Origin: Lepidodermella squamata
Lineage: Eukaryota > Animalia > Gastrotricha
Assembly (NCBI GenBank): GCA_047495785.1
Contig: JBLDXI010000034.1
Coordinates: 62,001-126,000 of the forward strand
Length of the DNA stretch: 64,000 nt
Direction: 5' to 3'
Below are positions 62,217 to 64,000 of this stretch, one piece after another. Position 1 is the stretch's first letter; every line of letters starts with the position of its first letter. A program made the translations under genes and the position numbers. The notes beneath the pieces were generated by a model. That model worked only from the letters and a program-made list of their open reading frames with translations, had not been told where the DNA came from and made no database searches.

Positions 62217-64000
62217 TCAAATACGTTCGCATATGCCAGCAGACAAGCTTCCGCAAGATCCTTGCACAAGTGTACCCGAATAAAGTGCTGTGCCTGCGTA
62301 ATAATTAAAATGAACAATTAAAATCGCTTGAAATCCGATTCGCCTTACATTGCCCAGAGTTACCGCCGGCATCTATTGAGTAATCGAACGCTGAGTTGTT
62401 GAAAGGCTGCCCCGTTATCCATGAAAAAGCGCTGCGGTTGCTGCGCTTAGCCCCGATAAAGGCATCGACACCAAGCTGGTCGACTATCGCTTTAGCTGCG
62501 TCGAATGAGGCTTGGTCCTTGAGAAGGGCGAGTGTCTTATTGCGATCTTGGCAAAATTGGGCCATTTGATCTCTATCGCCAGTTGTATTTGAGATCTCCA
62601 TGTCTGCCAATGTCTGAAGAAAATTTTCTTATACGATTGTCGTGAGAAGTCGTGAGCAAAAACTTACAGCGCCACTGCAAAGTCCATACTTCGCGGAATC
62701 ACATGGCGCATCAATGTAACTGCCATTGGTTAAAACTATACCTGGAATGAACGAAAATACAGCTTAATCATTAAAAATACACGGCGAACCCCAATTTGAA
62801 CAATAGACTGATTGTAATTTGATTCGATTCGATTCAAACAGTATATTCGCTGTGAAATTACTGATTGAGGTAAGCACATCCTCATTCGGAAAGTGGCACA
62901 CCTGCGCGCTGCGCGCATTGGCGCATTTCAAAAAGTCGGATTCGCACGCATGCGCATTAGCGCACACAGGGCCATTGAGCTAACTCCGTCTGGCCAACCA
63001 TTCGATGGCCCTTTCATAGGTTAAGGAGCACGATTGTGTCATTTTGAGCTATTTTCAGCTGTTAAAGAGAGCAAATAACAAACATGTTTCCTAGCTGTAG
63101 GCAGTCTTTTTCAACAAACGCTTCTCTTTATTAATTACCAGGACCCCATATCCAATCGACGGATTTAATTTTAGCTTATAAACCGTGATACCCGTGACGT
63201 TTCGACAAATAAGAGTGCATCAGACATAGGCGGGCCTCCAAATGTTCTCAGGGCAACGCTTCTTTTGGATTGATTGATTTTATTTACCCTTTGGACAAAA
63301 ATAGGAAACGTCGCCAAAAAATTGTCCTAATCTCCTTACAATGCACGCTGCGATAATGGTGATTTGATGCAAATTTATAAAAAATCTATAGAATATTTCA
63401 GGGCTCAATACCGCCCTCCTTAGTTTCGTGCCGCCCACAATATTAATAAAGGTAAAATCGGACTTGTAAATTCGAAACGATGTGCGGGCTCTCAACGCAT
63501 GCGCAAATCTTTGTCACTTCACTTTTTTCGAGCGAGAACACGCGCGCAGCCCTGAAGTTTTAAAAAATTCCGACTTACCGCTCGCGCAAAGTCCATGTTT
63601 ACCCTCTGGTGGCGCAATTCATGTTGGGGTCAACTAATGGTAAAAGGATATTAATACTTTCCCTTCCCTCAAAAAATCACGCATAGATAGGAAATCATCG
63701 ATCTTACATTCGCCGTAACCGTATGGGCTATTGTTTTGCCATAGTGGCGTGTCGATCGGGATGATGCTGTGATCGTCATCCCACGTGAAATCAGCAACCA
63801 GCCCGATAAAGCCTAAAACCGTAACATTTGACGCGGCAGCCAACTCATCTGCCGTGAAAATAGTGGCCAAGCGGCCACCATCCTGCTTACAAGCTTCTAA
63901 TTGAGCACGGAATAAGCCTTGGCGGAGCGAGGATTTGAAATACGATTTGACAGGTTTGGTTGGGGCGAGGTCCTTTAAGCAGGCCGCGTAGTTATCAGCA
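62217..64000 (-). CDS. Tandem C-type lectin-domain protein (5' end outside the window)
   Basis: Exons ..EACKQDGGRLATI..GFIGL..FTWDD..LWQNNSPYGYGE|CIVLTNGSYIDAPCDSAKYGLCSGA|TLADMEIS..FCQDRNKTLA..FIGAK..FSWITGQP..|CTALYSGTLVQGSCGSLSAGICERI*. Intron phases are compatible. Confidence 0.8.

Overview
Eukaryotic (animal) genomic DNA, probably nematode-like: introns are about 40-60 nt GT-AG and there is a NAS-type astacin/EGF/CUB gene. The window is heavily invaded by transposon remnants: Sola1, hAT, P/hAT-type, MULE, Tc1/mariner, CACTA, piggyBac, Ty3/Gypsy with env-like sequence, RTE and CR1-like LINEs, and tRNA-derived repeats. The ORF track misses most real genes because they are spliced. Reconstructed by hand, nearly all host genes encode secreted Cys-rich proteins. 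(1) A propeptide-less astacin-like protein whose HExxHxxGxxH and SxMHY motifs are destroyed, followed by EGF, CUB and Cys-rich modules (8450-12793, minus); two TSD-flanked MITEs sit inside its coding exons. (2) Four paralogous 'ACPPST' genes in two divergent pairs (30002-34841). (3) A gene built only of Cys modules (46590-47826). (4) Two paralogous C-type-lectin genes, one pseudogenised. (5) A double LamG-like gene. The main finding is that one roughly 45-60 aa, 4-Cys module (C-x6-14-C-x3-7-C | intron | x-G-x-[FY]-x-S-[FY]-x-x-C) appears to recur across groups 1-4. A chimeric pseudogene (44182-45116) joins exons of two of these families at the equivalent intron, suggesting a locus of ongoing exon/module shuffling. 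All gene models and alignments are by-eye inferences; no search was run.
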